The notes under the pieces are model-generated. The model saw only the letters and a list, made by a program, of their open reading frames with translations. It was not told where the DNA came from and searched no databases. 64,000 nt of DNA from an uncultured Nitrospiraceae bacterium (GTDB lineage Bacteria; Nitrospirota; Thermodesulfovibrionia; Thermodesulfovibrionales; UBA6898), in contig CAWEQH010000004.1 of NCBI GenBank assembly GCA_963811165.1, positions 768,001 through 832,000 on the forward strand. Reading direction: 5' to 3'. The number at the start of each line of letters is the position of its first letter. The first letter of the stretch is position 1. Made by a program: the position numbers and the translations under genes. Below are positions 6,962 to 16,567 of the stretch, in pieces.

Positions 6962-9208
6962 CTAGACCGAAGCCAGAACAGCTTCCAGTGCATCCACGAC
7001 TACCGGGTCATACATCGATCCGGCATGCTGTTTTATCTCTTCCAACGCCTCTTTTTGGGACATGGCCTTTCGGTACGCTCTTTCCATCGTCATGGCACAG
7101 AATGCATCGACAACGTGCAGTACCCGTGAGAGAAAAGGTATCTCCTCTCCCTTTAAGCCCTCGGGATACCCTGACCCATCGTATTTTTCATGGTGATGCA
7201 ATATTATGTGCTTAACCGCATCCGAAAATTCAACTTCGTTCAAAAGACTGACGCTCGCGTTCGGATGCTCCCTGACGCTCCTCTTTTCGGCAGTCGTAAG
7301 TTTCTTTCTCTGTAGGGCTTCCTCATCAAGAGATGACAGGCCCAAGTCGTAGATCATCGAAATATATACCGCCAACTTTATTTCTTCTTCTGTTGAGTGA
7401 AGCTCTTCCATGACCTTCAATATCAGCTCGGTGGAAAGGCTGCCCTTTTTGTGATACTTTTTGGCGGCGGAGAGAAGATTATCAAACGATGTCAGGAACT
7501 TTCTCAGCGCGTCCTCGCTGAAATCACCCTGGTAGAGTTTTTCAAGGAAATGGGAAACGCGATCACTTAGCACGCTGGCCGAGAAAAAATCCTGGGTAGT
7601 AAACGACGATTTGTTTTTCTTGTTGTTTAAGTTGATGACGCCTAAGACTTTATTGTGGATCATTATCGGAACTGAGATGAGCGATTTTGTGTTGTACTGA
7701 GTGATGTTTTTTCTCATGAACCGCCGATCGTTTTCGATATCTTCGATGAACAGCGGCCTGCCCTCCAGGGCAACCCAGCCTGCTATACTGTCACCAATCT
7801 TTAGCCGTGTCCGGCTGACTATGTCATCATTGAGGCCCCGCGCGCTTTTTATTGTCAGTTCGCCCGTAAAATTGTCACTGAGCATAATGGAACAGATATT
7901 GACCCCGAGCAAATCGGAGATGAGATCGATAAACATGTCCATAGTCGTGTTTACCACGGCGTCTATCTTCTGCCTGGTGCTCTTAGGTATGCTGATTCGA
8001 AGGCGAAATCCTTCGTCGGTATTTTCTGCAGTCATTTTCCAGTTGTGGCTTTCGATGACCTTGCCGGCCAGATAGAGTTTCAAGCGCTCTTCTGATTGTT
8101 CCGCGCTGAAGATAGTGGCTGGATGAAAATAACTGCTCATTAGGGAGTCGGGCATGAGCCTGGAACACCCCACGAGCACGGTTACGAGATCATCCTCAAC
8201 CACAGTAATATCTATCGAATCGTCTCTCTGAAGATAATAACTAAGTCCTTCTATCATGTTGATGAATAACTGTGAAACTCTCGTCTTGTCACCGACAATG
8301 TCGGGAACACTCTTGGGCAAATGCACATCGAGGCGCAAGTTTTTTTTGGCCAGAAACATTTTCAGGGAGCGCGAATTAGATGCATCGTTCAAGATGTCCG
8401 AGAGGCTCATAATTGATTTTTTCATCAGACGGGACTCATCCTCGAGCCTCAGAAAATTGAGCAGATTTTCCACGATGTGTACGAGTTTGTCGGTTTCTTT
8501 GGCGATTATGTCGTAGAAGTCTTTCTGTTGCGAGTTCGCTATGTGATCGGACTTCTGCAGGTAGTATATTGAGCCGTTTATCGCGTTTAGGGGGGTCCGC
8601 AGTTCATGGGACATGCGTACGAGAAACTCCGTCTTGAGTATGTCTGATTCAATGAGTTTCCTGTTCATATCTTCCAGCTCGGCGGCACCTGTCTTAACCT
8701 GATTCAGGAGAAAGGCATTATCAAGAGCGATAGCCGCCTGGTCGGACATGATTTTTATAAGGGTGAATTCATCTTCGGTGAAAGCGGTGTTGTCATTCTT
8801 GTCGTTGATATTGAGCACCCCAAGGAGCCTGTTTTTGCTGACAATAGGGCATGAGACAAACGATCGGGTCTTATAACGGTCCCTTCGTTTTCTCTGGAAC
8901 CTCTTGTCTTTTTCGATGTCCTCGACAAGAACCGGGATACGCTGTTCTGCAACGGTACCGGCAATGCCTTCACCTATCTTTGCCCTGTAGGTCCTGATGA
9001 TATGGCTTTCTAACCCACGTGAGGTAAAGATAGTCAGTTCAGCTTGGTCATTTAGCAGCATCAGGGAGCCTTTCTCGGCGTTCGTGTAATTCATGACGAG
9101 TTCGAGCATGAGATTGGCTGTCATCATTATATTGTCCGTTGTAGCGAATGAGCTTGTCATTTGCTGAAGGATGACAAATTTTTTTTCACACATTTCGAAG
9201 TCGTTCAT
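6962..9208 (-). CDS. GAF-HisKA-(degenerate HATPase)-GAF-HD-GYP signalling protein
   Basis: Two GAF repeats (IGEGIAG..VEDIE..LGVLNINDK; IGDSIAG..IEDIE..LGVINLNNK), SHELRTPL H-box, HHHEKYDGSGYP...VVDAFCAM. Confidence 0.88.
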   Translation of the reverse strand: MNDFEMCEKKFVILQQMTSSFATTDNIMMTANLMLELVMNYTNAEKGSLMLLNDQAELTIFTSRGLESHIIRTYRAKIGEGIAGTVAEQRIPVLVEDIEKDKRFQRKRRDRYKTRSFVSCPIVSKNRLLGVLNINDKNDNTAFTEDEFTLIKIMSDQAAIALDNAFLLNQVKTGAAELEDMNRKLIESDILKTEFLVRMSHELRTPLNAINGSIYYLQKSDHIANSQQKDFYDIIAKETDKLVHIVENLLNFLRLEDESRLMKKSIMSLSDILNDASNSRSLKMFLAKKNLRLDVHLPKSVPDIVGDKTRVSQLFINMIEGLSYYLQRDDSIDITVVEDDLVTVLVGCSRLMPDSLMSSYFHPATIFSAEQSEERLKLYLAGKVIESHNWKMTAENTDEGFRLRISIPKSTRQKIDAVVNTTMDMFIDLISDLLGVNICSIMLSDNFTGELTIKSARGLNDDIVSRTRLKIGDSIAGWVALEGRPLFIEDIENDRRFMRKNITQYNTKSLISVPIMIHNKVLGVINLNNKKNKSSFTTQDFFSASVLSDRVSHFLEKLYQGDFSEDALRKFLTSFDNLLSAAKKYHKKGSLSTELILKVMEELHSTEEEIKLAVYISMIYDLGLSSLDEEALQRKKLTTAEKRSVREHPNASVSLLNEVEFSDAVKHIILHHHEKYDGSGYPEGLKGEEIPFLSRVLHVVDAFCAMTMERAYRKAMSQKEALEEIKQHAGSMYDPVVVDALEAVLASV

Positions 9209-9217
9209 TAAATTACT

Positions 9218-11047
9218 CTATTCTACCGTCACGCTCTTTGCAAGATTTCTGGGTTGATCAACATCACATCCCCTCAGTACCGCGATATGGTAAGCCAGCA
9301 GTTGCAGGGGTATCACCGTAATGAAAGGGGAAAGCGTAGGATGAACGGCGGGAACTTTTATCACCTCAATCCCCTTATTGAGGAAGCCATCAGGCTCCTC
9401 GGTAATGACGATCACTCTTCCTCTGCGCGACCGGACCTCCTCTATGTTGGATGACATCTTCTCGAACAGCTCGTCTCTGGGCGCTATGGTGACAACCGGC
9501 ACCCCCTCTTCTATAAGCGCAATAGGGCCGTGTTTCATTTCGCCGGCAGGATAGCCTTCTGCGTGGATATAAGATATCTCCTTCAATTTCAGGGCGCCTT
9601 CAAGGGCAACAGGGTAGTTCATCCCCCTCCCCAGGTAGAGAAAATTTTTTGCATAAATGAGGGATTGAGCGAGCTCCTGCAAGGCCGAATCTTCCCGGAG
9701 TACCGCTGATATGTGGTCGGGTATGCCGAGGAGTTGGGATTTAAGGGTACAGGCCGCACTATGGGACAACTTCCCGCGGCGTATCCCAAGCCCCAGGGCA
9801 AAAAGGTAAAGGGCCGTCAACTGTGCGGTAAATGCCTTTGTTGAAGCAACGCCGATCTCGGGTCCCGCATGCGTATACAAGACGGCATCCGCCTCGCGTG
9901 ACGAAGTGCTTCCTACCACGTTGCAGATGGTGATGGTTCTCGCCCCTCTCTCTTTCGCTTCACGCTGTGCGGCCAGGGTGTCGGCCGTTTCGCCTGATTG
10001 CGTGATAGAGATGGCGAGGGTCCCCTTTTCCATAAGCGGTCTCCTATACCTGAACTCGGAGGCGATGTCGACATCGACTGGAACACGGGCAATGTTCTCT
10101 ATCATGTATTTCCCGATAAGGGCTGCGTGGTAAGATGTGCCGCACGCCACGATCTGCAACCGTCTGAGCCCTAATGTCGTTTCAAAAGTGAGTCCGGATT
10201 CATCAAGGAGTTTCTGAGGATCCTTGATCCATTCAGAGAAGGTATGAGCGACCGTCTCCGGCTGTTCGTATATTTCTTTAAGCATAAAGTGGTCATAGCC
10301 CTCCTTTTCCGCCATGGAAGGGTTCCAATCGATATGAACCAGCTTATTCTCGAATGAAATAGGCTCCCCCGTTTCCAGATAGGCGAGTTCAATTCCGCCC
10401 ATGGAAAGGGTACAGAGGTTATTGTCTTCAAGATAGATAAATTTTCTCGAATAGGGAAGCACCGCCGGAATGTCTGAGGCAAAAAAGAACTCCCCATCGC
10501 CGAGACCCACCACAAGCGGGCTTCCCCGCTTTGCCGCGAAAAGGGTTCCCGGCTCGGTTTCACTCATAATACCGAGGGCAAAAGTGCCGCTTATCTGTGA
10601 GGTCGCCTCCCTGATGGCCTCCCTGATCGGCAGCCCGTTGCGCTGATAATGATAAATCAACTGTGGAATTACTTCCGTATCGGTGTCGGAAAAAAACTCA
10701 TGGCCGTCAGCAATGAGACGCGCCCTGAGTTGCCGGTAATTCTCGATAATTCCGTTGTGTACAACGGCCACGCCGCCGGCAGAGTGGGGATGGGCATTCC
10801 GCATTGAGGGCTCTCCGTGGGTCGCCCATCTCGTATGCCCCAGACCGGCATTGGCGGCGGGAGAGGGGCATGGAAGAATTTGCTGCAGATCGACGATCTT
10901 GCCCTTGGTTTTAAATATCTCTATCCCCTTACCGTTCTGGTATGCAATGCCCGACGAGTCGTATCCTCTGTATTCAAGCCTTCGTAAACTATCTATGAGC
11001 ACCGGTAAGACATTTCTTTTTCCGACATATCCGACGATGCCACACAT
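9218..11047 (-). CDS. glmS: Glutamine--fructose-6-phosphate aminotransferase (isomerizing)
   Basis: MCGIVG (Cys1), LEYRGYDS, GHTRWATHG, QSGETADT, PRNLAKSVTVE. Confidence 0.98.
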   Translation of the reverse strand: MCGIVGYVGKRNVLPVLIDSLRRLEYRGYDSSGIAYQNGKGIEIFKTKGKIVDLQQILPCPSPAANAGLGHTRWATHGEPSMRNAHPHSAGGVAVVHNGIIENYRQLRARLIADGHEFFSDTDTEVIPQLIYHYQRNGLPIREAIREATSQISGTFALGIMSETEPGTLFAAKRGSPLVVGLGDGEFFFASDIPAVLPYSRKFIYLEDNNLCTLSMGGIELAYLETGEPISFENKLVHIDWNPSMAEKEGYDHFMLKEIYEQPETVAHTFSEWIKDPQKLLDESGLTFETTLGLRRLQIVACGTSYHAALIGKYMIENIARVPVDVDIASEFRYRRPLMEKGTLAISITQSGETADTLAAQREAKERGARTITICNVVGSTSSREADAVLYTHAGPEIGVASTKAFTAQLTALYLFALGLGIRRGKLSHSAACTLKSQLLGIPDHISAVLREDSALQELAQSLIYAKNFLYLGRGMNYPVALEGALKLKEISYIHAEGYPAGEMKHGPIALIEEGVPVVTIAPRDELFEKMSSNIEEVRSRRGRVIVITEEPDGFLNKGIEVIKVPAVHPTLSPFITVIPLQLLAYHIAVLRGCDVDQPRNLAKSVTVE

Positions 11048-11120
11048 AATAGCCTCCTTCATTTGTATTCATAATTTCCGGATTATGAAAGCCCTGCTTT
11101 ACTTACAACAAATATTTAGA

Positions 11121-11136
11121 TGCAAGAAATGTTCCT
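11121..11136 (-). promoter_or_regulatory. Putative sigma54 -24/-12 promoter of glmS operon
   Basis: Minus strand AGGAACatttcTTGCA = GG-N10-GC, about 75 bp upstream of glmS ATG. Confidence 0.55.
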
Positions 11137-11271
11137 ATTTGCCCCGCTTCCGATTTATGCCTCTTCCGCCTCCTTGATTTGTTTCAAAAAGAGGGTTTCG
11201 ATGTACCTTTTGTGTAGATTTCTTATGAGGCAGTGATTCACGTTCATTTATGTTTTGACGAGGCAAGACGC

Positions 11272-11300
11272 TTGACTTTAATTAATAATTGATATATAAA
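11272..11300 (+). promoter_or_regulatory. Putative sigma70 promoter of the two-component operon
   Basis: TTGACT-N17-TATAAA, 43 bp upstream of the TTG start. Confidence 0.6.
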
Positions 11301-11343
11301 TTAGGTAGTTGTAAAGAAGTAGGGATAGAGGAAGAGGGGGTTA

Positions 11344-12360
11344 TTGCTCGTGATTTTTTCGACCGATAAAAGTCTAAATATTATATCTTGGGATAACGAA
11401 ATTGAGAGGTTTACCGGGAAAACTTCTTCGTCAGTCCTGGGCAAGAAATACTTTGATGTGTTTCCGAGAATTATCGTAAATGATACAGATGCCATTTCAG
11501 AAACGTTTACGAAAAAGAAATCCCTTACGTTAAAAGGATATTCTTTTCACTGTCCTTTCGGCCACACCACGGTTGATATCAGGATAAAACCGGGGATGAC
11601 TGTGGACGGAGTAAAGTGTGTCGAAGTCAAAATCGCAGCGGGGGCGGCCTGTTCGGTTGTGGAGAACCTCCGTAGGTCTCAGCAGCTTATCAATATCGGA
11701 AAGACCGCTTCGACCCTTGCACACGGCGTACGAAACCCGCTGAATGCCATAAAGGGCGCGGTGGTCTTTCTCAGTGAAAGATATGTGCAGGAGGCCCCTC
11801 TTATGGAGTTTATGACAATCATGGAGGAGGAGATAGCGCGCCTTGACAGTTTCATTTCGAAGTTTCTGAGCACGTCCTTATCGGATGTGGAACGCACGTC
11901 GACGGATATCAATGCACTGCTCAGGCGCCTGGAGATATTTACCTCTCTTCAGGCGAAGGCATATGATGTAGCCACTTACTTTGAATATGGGAAAATCCGG
12001 CCGATCATGATTAATGCCTTCCAGATCGAGCAGGCCATCCTGAATGTTGTCAATAATGCGCTGGAGGCCATGCGTCACTCCGGCGGACGCCTGACGGTAA
12101 GGGCTTATCAAGAGCGGGATTCCGGCGGCGCCTCCCTGGTGATTGAGATCTCCGATACGGGGCCGGGAATTGATGAAAGCAAGATAAATACGCTTGCGGT
12201 GACCTCTGAATCGGAAAAGGAAGGAAGAGGGTTTGGGTTGTTCATCGCGCGTGAAATCCTCCAGTACTACGGCGGGTTTCTCGACATCAAGAGTAGAAAA
12301 GGCAAGGGAACGACGATTCGGCTATGCCTGCCGTCGGACAATGCCAGAGGTCGAAAATGA
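11344..12360 (+). CDS. Cytoplasmic PAS-domain sensor histidine kinase (NtrB-like)
   Basis: PAS-like N-terminus (IISWDNEIERFTG), LAHGVRNPL H-box, NVVNNA, DTGPGI, GRGFGL; no TM segment. Confidence 0.9.
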   Translation: MLVIFSTDKSLNIISWDNEIERFTGKTSSSVLGKKYFDVFPRIIVNDTDAISETFTKKKSLTLKGYSFHCPFGHTTVDIRIKPGMTVDGVKCVEVKIAAGAACSVVENLRRSQQLINIGKTASTLAHGVRNPLNAIKGAVVFLSERYVQEAPLMEFMTIMEEEIARLDSFISKFLSTSLSDVERTSTDINALLRRLEIFTSLQAKAYDVATYFEYGKIRPIMINAFQIEQAILNVVNNALEAMRHSGGRLTVRAYQERDSGGASLVIEISDTGPGIDESKINTLAVTSESEKEGRGFGLFIAREILQYYGGFLDIKSRKGKGTTIRLCLPSDNARGRK

Positions 12361-13748
12361 GCGCCGGGGATAAAGGGGCAGTCCTGATCGTAGATGATGA
12401 GCCGAATGCGCTCAAAGTGCTTTCCTCGATACTTAAGGCCGAGGGATACGGGGTGTTTGAGTCCGGGGATGTCGACGGTGCGATACAGATAATGAGTAAA
12501 GAGTACATCGACGCGGTAATTACCGACCTGGAAATGCCGGGTAAGAACGGAATCCAATTTTTTGAATTTATTGAAGAAAACTATCCCGACATACCCGTAA
12601 TATTTATCACTGCTTACGGGACCGTAGAATCCGCCGTCTCCGCAATGACCCGTGGAGTTCTCTATTATTTCATCAAGCCACCCGATTATGTGAAGCTGAG
12701 GGACGTCCTTGCCGGGGCGGTTAAAACCAGGCGCATGAATGGTGAAATTGCATATTTAAGGGATCACATGTCGGGTGAAAACGGCATGCCTCTCATTGTC
12801 GCCAAGTCGCGGCAGATGATGGAGATCTTCAAGGCGATAGAAGCCATCAAGGACAGGTCGTGCAATGTTCTTATCTTGGGGGAGACAGGGACGGGGAAGG
12901 AGCTTATTGCACGGGCGTTGCATTACGGCAGCGCGAAAAGAGAAAAGCCCTTTATTGCAGTCAATTGCGCCGCTATCCCGAGGGAGCTTATGGAGGCCGA
13001 ACTTTTCGGATATGAAAAAGGGGCCTTCACCGGGGCGATTTCGCGGAGGCTGGGACGATTTGAGGAGGCTTCGGGCGGTACAATCCTCCTGGACGAGATT
13101 GGAGAGCTTGATTTTTCCCTTCAGGCGAAACTGTTGAGGGTGCTTCAGGAAAGGGAGGTCGAGAGACTCGGCAGCAGCAAGAGGATCCCGGTCGATTTCA
13201 GACTTCTCTGCTCCGCGAATCGCGACCTTGCGAAAGAGGTCGTGATGAAGAATTTTCGACAGGACCTTTTCTACAGGATCAATGTTGTTCGGCTGGATAT
13301 CCCTCCGTTAAGGGAAAGAAGAGATGATATCCCCTTGCTCGTGCAGCACTTCGTCAAGGAGTTCTGCCTTAAGGAAGGCAGAATGCTCTCGGTACCAGAT
13401 GAAACAATGGAAATATTCATGAATTACGAGTGGACGGGGAATATAAGACAGCTGGAAAATGTGATAGAGCGCGCCGCAGCTCTCTCAAAAGGGGAACGGC
13501 TTAACTGGAAGGAACTCCCCGAGGAATTATTGCCTTTGAAGAAGAAAGTGGGAGCGGCAGACGGTACAAAAACGCTCAAGGAACTTGAGACCCGGGCGGT
13601 AATGGATGTTCTTCATGAGTGCAAAGGAAATAAGTCAAAGGCCGCCAGGATGCTCGGGATATCGAGAAAAGCGTTTTATAAAAGGTTTAATGAGTTTCAG
13701 GACGCACCCGCTGGTTCCATCGGAAACAGTTTCATTAAAAAAATTTAA
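12357..13748 (+). CDS. sigma54-dependent response regulator (REC-AAA+-Fis HTH, NtrC family)
   Basis: VDDE / ITDLEMP receiver, [44 protein letters not shown] overlap with kinase. Confidence 0.95.
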   Translation: MSAGDKGAVLIVDDEPNALKVLSSILKAEGYGVFESGDVDGAIQIMSKEYIDAVITDLEMPGKNGIQFFEFIEENYPDIPVIFITAYGTVESAVSAMTRGVLYYFIKPPDYVKLRDVLAGAVKTRRMNGEIAYLRDHMSGENGMPLIVAKSRQMMEIFKAIEAIKDRSCNVLILGETGTGKELIARALHYGSAKREKPFIAVNCAAIPRELMEAELFGYEKGAFTGAISRRLGRFEEASGGTILLDEIGELDFSLQAKLLRVLQEREVERLGSSKRIPVDFRLLCSANRDLAKEVVMKNFRQDLFYRINVVRLDIPPLRERRDDIPLLVQHFVKEFCLKEGRMLSVPDETMEIFMNYEWTGNIRQLENVIERAAALSKGERLNWKELPEELLPLKKKVGAADGTKTLKELETRAVMDVLHECKGNKSKAARMLGISRKAFYKRFNEFQDAPAGSIGNSFIKKI

Positions 13749-13781
13749 TCTTTTCAACGGTCCAATCGATATTGTGAAAAC

Positions 13782-13854
13782 TGTAGCCAACAGATACAGT
13801 TTTTATACTGCCTTTAACAGGCAGTCCTTTCAATAAGTGTCGCCTTCGGATACA
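13782..13854. promoter_or_regulatory. Tandem TGT-N11-ACA enhancer-like sites
   Basis: TGTagccaacagatACA (13782-13798) and TGTcgccttcggatACA (13838-13854), both ending GATACA, upstream of a sigma54 motif. Confidence 0.6.
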
Positions 13855-14023
13855 ATTCCCAATTTTTAACCCTGATTATTCACTCATGCGGGATCCGAAA
13901 ACGCTCAAAATGATGCCGATGCATTGAATCGGTTCGCTCCGCACTTAATGCACGATGCCCAAGGATGAGGGTTGGAGAGGCGGCAACGTTCTGCGACGCA
14001 AAAGGCAAGAAGGCGACCTATCC

Positions 14024-14039
14024 GGGCACCGAACTTGCA
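14024..14039 (+). promoter_or_regulatory. sigma54 -24/-12 promoter of the EPS operon
   Basis: GGGCACcgaacTTGCA, near-consensus GG-N10-GC. Confidence 0.72.
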
Positions 14040-14053
14040 AATCCTTTCCAATA

Positions 14054-14446
14054 ATGGCTACAAAGAATAAAAAAAATAGAAAAATCGTTATTATCGACGA
14101 ACACAGGTTTTCTCGTGTATGCTCGGCGCTCCTCGACAGCATCGGGTATAGTGCAGAGACTTATCCAGCCGTAAATGCTCTGCCGTCGAATTTCGATACG
14201 GATGAATTTGGATTGATTGTGCTCAGCTATCCCTACGGGAACTCCCTCATTGACGAGGTGAAGAAGAAGAAGATTCCAACCATAATTTTATCGGACAACC
14301 TGGATGGGAAACTCATCTCCGTCCTGAGTGATTTCGACAATTCCTACTGCATGATAAAGCCACTTGACTACGAGAAGTTCAGGCACCTGGTCAAGCAGGT
14401 GATGACGGGTGAATTGGGCAGAGAGAGGGGATATACCGTTGTATAG
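14054..14446 (+). CDS. Stand-alone atypical receiver-domain protein
   Basis: IVIIDE...GLIVLSYP...PTIILS...MIKPLD receiver pattern; phospho-Asp position appears to be Ser; start moved from 13955, which lies upstream of the promoter. Confidence 0.7.
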   Translation: MATKNKKNRKIVIIDEHRFSRVCSALLDSIGYSAETYPAVNALPSNFDTDEFGLIVLSYPYGNSLIDEVKKKKIPTIILSDNLDGKLISVLSDFDNSYCMIKPLDYEKFRHLVKQVMTGELGRERGYTVV

Positions 14447-14494
14447 CGATTGTCTATGTGAAGACGGCTGTTTTTTTGGGGTGGGGAGGATCTC

Positions 14495-15001
14495 GTGACT
14501 GCCCCATTGAACTGGTACGCTCTCTATGTGAGATCGAGACATGAATTCGTCACGCAGGAAGAATTAAGGCGAAAGGGCATAGACGTCTATCTGCCCTCCG
14601 TAAAACGGATGAGCCTCTGGAAAGACAGGAAAAAGTGCATCGAATATCCGATCTTTCCGGGCTACCTCTTTGTTTTCCTGCAGGCGTATCAGGAGGCATT
14701 CGTAACGGCACTAAGGACAAGGGGAGCGGTCAGCCTTCTTTCATTGCAGCCGGGATCTCCCACTCCCGTTCCATCGGAAGAGATAGAATCTCTCAAGCTG
14801 TTACTTGAAAGCGGACACGATTTTGATATATGTCCCAGCCTTCAGGCAGGGTCGAGGGTGCGAGTGAAAAGGGGCCCTCTTAAAGGGGCTCTTGGTACGG
14901 TAGCAGATAAAGAAGAACATTATATGTTCCGTGTCAATATCGATATACTCGGCCGGAGTGTCGGCGTTCGCATCGGTGCCGACGATATCGAGCCGGACTA
15001 G
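14495..15001 (+). CDS. NusG-paralog transcription antiterminator (UpxY/RfaH/LoaP-like)
   Basis: WYALYVRSRHE, IFPGYLFV NGN motifs and KOW RVRVKRGPLKG; SD GGGAGG, GTG start. Confidence 0.9.
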   Translation: MTAPLNWYALYVRSRHEFVTQEELRRKGIDVYLPSVKRMSLWKDRKKCIEYPIFPGYLFVFLQAYQEAFVTALRTRGAVSLLSLQPGSPTPVPSEEIESLKLLLESGHDFDICPSLQAGSRVRVKRGPLKGALGTVADKEEHYMFRVNIDILGRSVGVRIGADDIEPD

Positions 15002-15098
15002 ACAGTCTCAGATTGCCGGCCGCACAGGAGACGTATGAATCGGGAGCGTCAATCGTGCATGACCAATTGGCCTTCCGGCGGAACATACCTCTAAATAT

Positions 15099-15130
15099 CT
15101 TTTCAGTCATATGATGATGTGACTGAAAAG
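15099..15130. promoter_or_regulatory. Intergenic inverted repeat before priming GT
   Basis: cttttcagtca / tgactgaaaag perfect 11-bp arms. Confidence 0.45.
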
Positions 15131-15191
15131 GCGGAGCATTGCGAATCACATGAAAAACGTGAAAAAAGACACGCCATGAGGGGGAGAGGGA

Positions 15192-16556
15192 ATGGGTAGA
15201 AGAATTATCGCCATTCTCATGCTCGGCGACATAATGGTTGCGGTTTTTTCCCTCTTTGCGGCATCTTCTCTGAGATTTGTAACCCAGGCGGACACACTCA
15301 CGATGGTGAGCCAAGAAGGAACAAAAAGTATTGTGTTTGTAGCGGTTTTGATATTTTCATCTTTTCTAATGGAAATATACACAAACGAAATAAAACGGGG
15401 AAAGAAAGAGATAATTCTCAGGGTCTGCTCAACGCTTGCCGTTTCTTTCCTGATATTGTCCGCACTCTATTATGTGATGCCCGGTATTATGTTCGGAAAA
15501 CGAATACTCTTTCTGTCGATGATCATGTTCGGGGCTTTGCAGATCGGATGGCATATTACTTATACCTTATGTCTTAATATCCCCGGGATGGCAAAGAGAG
15601 TTCTTATCCTTGGGACCGGGCCACTCGCCAGGCGAATCGGCGAGATTATCGCATCGACGAATCATCGTCACCTGCTCAGCGGATATGTGAGTATGGCGAG
15701 TGAATCGGTCCATGTTCCCGCTGGCGCCATTCTTGGCAATATTCACGGCCTCGTCGAGACGATCAAAGAGGAGAAGGTGCATAAACTTGTGGTTTCACTG
15801 TCCGAGCGGAGAGGTATATTCCCATTGGAAGATGTCCTCAACTGCAAGTTTAACGGGGTGGAGGTGATCGATGCGCCCTCTTTTTACGAGGAACTGACCG
15901 GAAAGCTGCTCCTGGAGAATATGAACCCGAGTTCGTTTATCTTTTGCCAAGGATTTAAATTGAATGCGTCGCTGAAGGTATATAAACGAGTATTCGATGT
16001 GTTTTTATCCGTTATCACCATTATTCTTGCTGCGCCGCTCATACCCCTCATTGCCCTCATGATCAAGCTCGACTCTCGCGGCCCTGTTTTTTTTAGACAG
16101 GTCCGCGTCGGAGCAAGGGAAAAGCAGTTTGTGCTCTACAAATTCAGGACTATGCTGCAGGACGCAGAGAGTGCGACTGGGGCGGTTTGGTCCCAAAAAA
16201 ATGACCCCCGGATTACCCGGCTCGGTAGGTTTCTCAGGAAAACGAGGCTTGATGAAATCCCGCAGCTTTATAATGTTCTTCGCGGAGACATGAGCTTTAT
16301 CGGACCTAGGCCGGAGCGCCCCGAGTTTATTGAGGCACTGAAAGAATTGGTCCCTTATTATTCGGAACGGCATTTTGTCAAACCCGGAATCACGGGTTGG
16401 GCACAGGTGAAGTATGCCTATGGATCGTCGATAGAAGATACGATTGAGAAGCTTAGATATGATCTTTTCTATATAAAACATGTCTCGCTCTTCTTTGATC
16501 TCTTGATAATATTGGAGACGATCAAAGTGGTTATGTTCGGCAGGGGGGGACGATAA
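15192..16556 (+). CDS. Polyprenyl glycosylphosphotransferase (priming GT), PEP-CTERM/XrtA-system type
   Basis: 4 N-terminal TMs, KRVFD, KFRTM, DPRITRLGRFLRKTRLDEIPQL, GPRPERP, KPGITGWAQ. Confidence 0.93.
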   Translation: MGRRIIAILMLGDIMVAVFSLFAASSLRFVTQADTLTMVSQEGTKSIVFVAVLIFSSFLMEIYTNEIKRGKKEIILRVCSTLAVSFLILSALYYVMPGIMFGKRILFLSMIMFGALQIGWHITYTLCLNIPGMAKRVLILGTGPLARRIGEIIASTNHRHLLSGYVSMASESVHVPAGAILGNIHGLVETIKEEKVHKLVVSLSERRGIFPLEDVLNCKFNGVEVIDAPSFYEELTGKLLLENMNPSSFIFCQGFKLNASLKVYKRVFDVFLSVITIILAAPLIPLIALMIKLDSRGPVFFRQVRVGAREKQFVLYKFRTMLQDAESATGAVWSQKNDPRITRLGRFLRKTRLDEIPQLYNVLRGDMSFIGPRPERPEFIEALKELVPYYSERHFVKPGITGWAQVKYAYGSSIEDTIEKLRYDLFYIKHVSLFFDLLIILETIKVVMFGRGGR

Positions 16557-16567
16557 AAGGAGATAGT

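Noticed and set aside
11048..11200. glmS ribozyme upstream of glmS
   Set aside because: I could not recognise the conserved core, and the predicted leader is too short; a covariance search was not run.
13955..14053. N-terminal extension of the receiver ORF
   Set aside because: Overlaps the sigma54 promoter and does not resemble receiver sequence.
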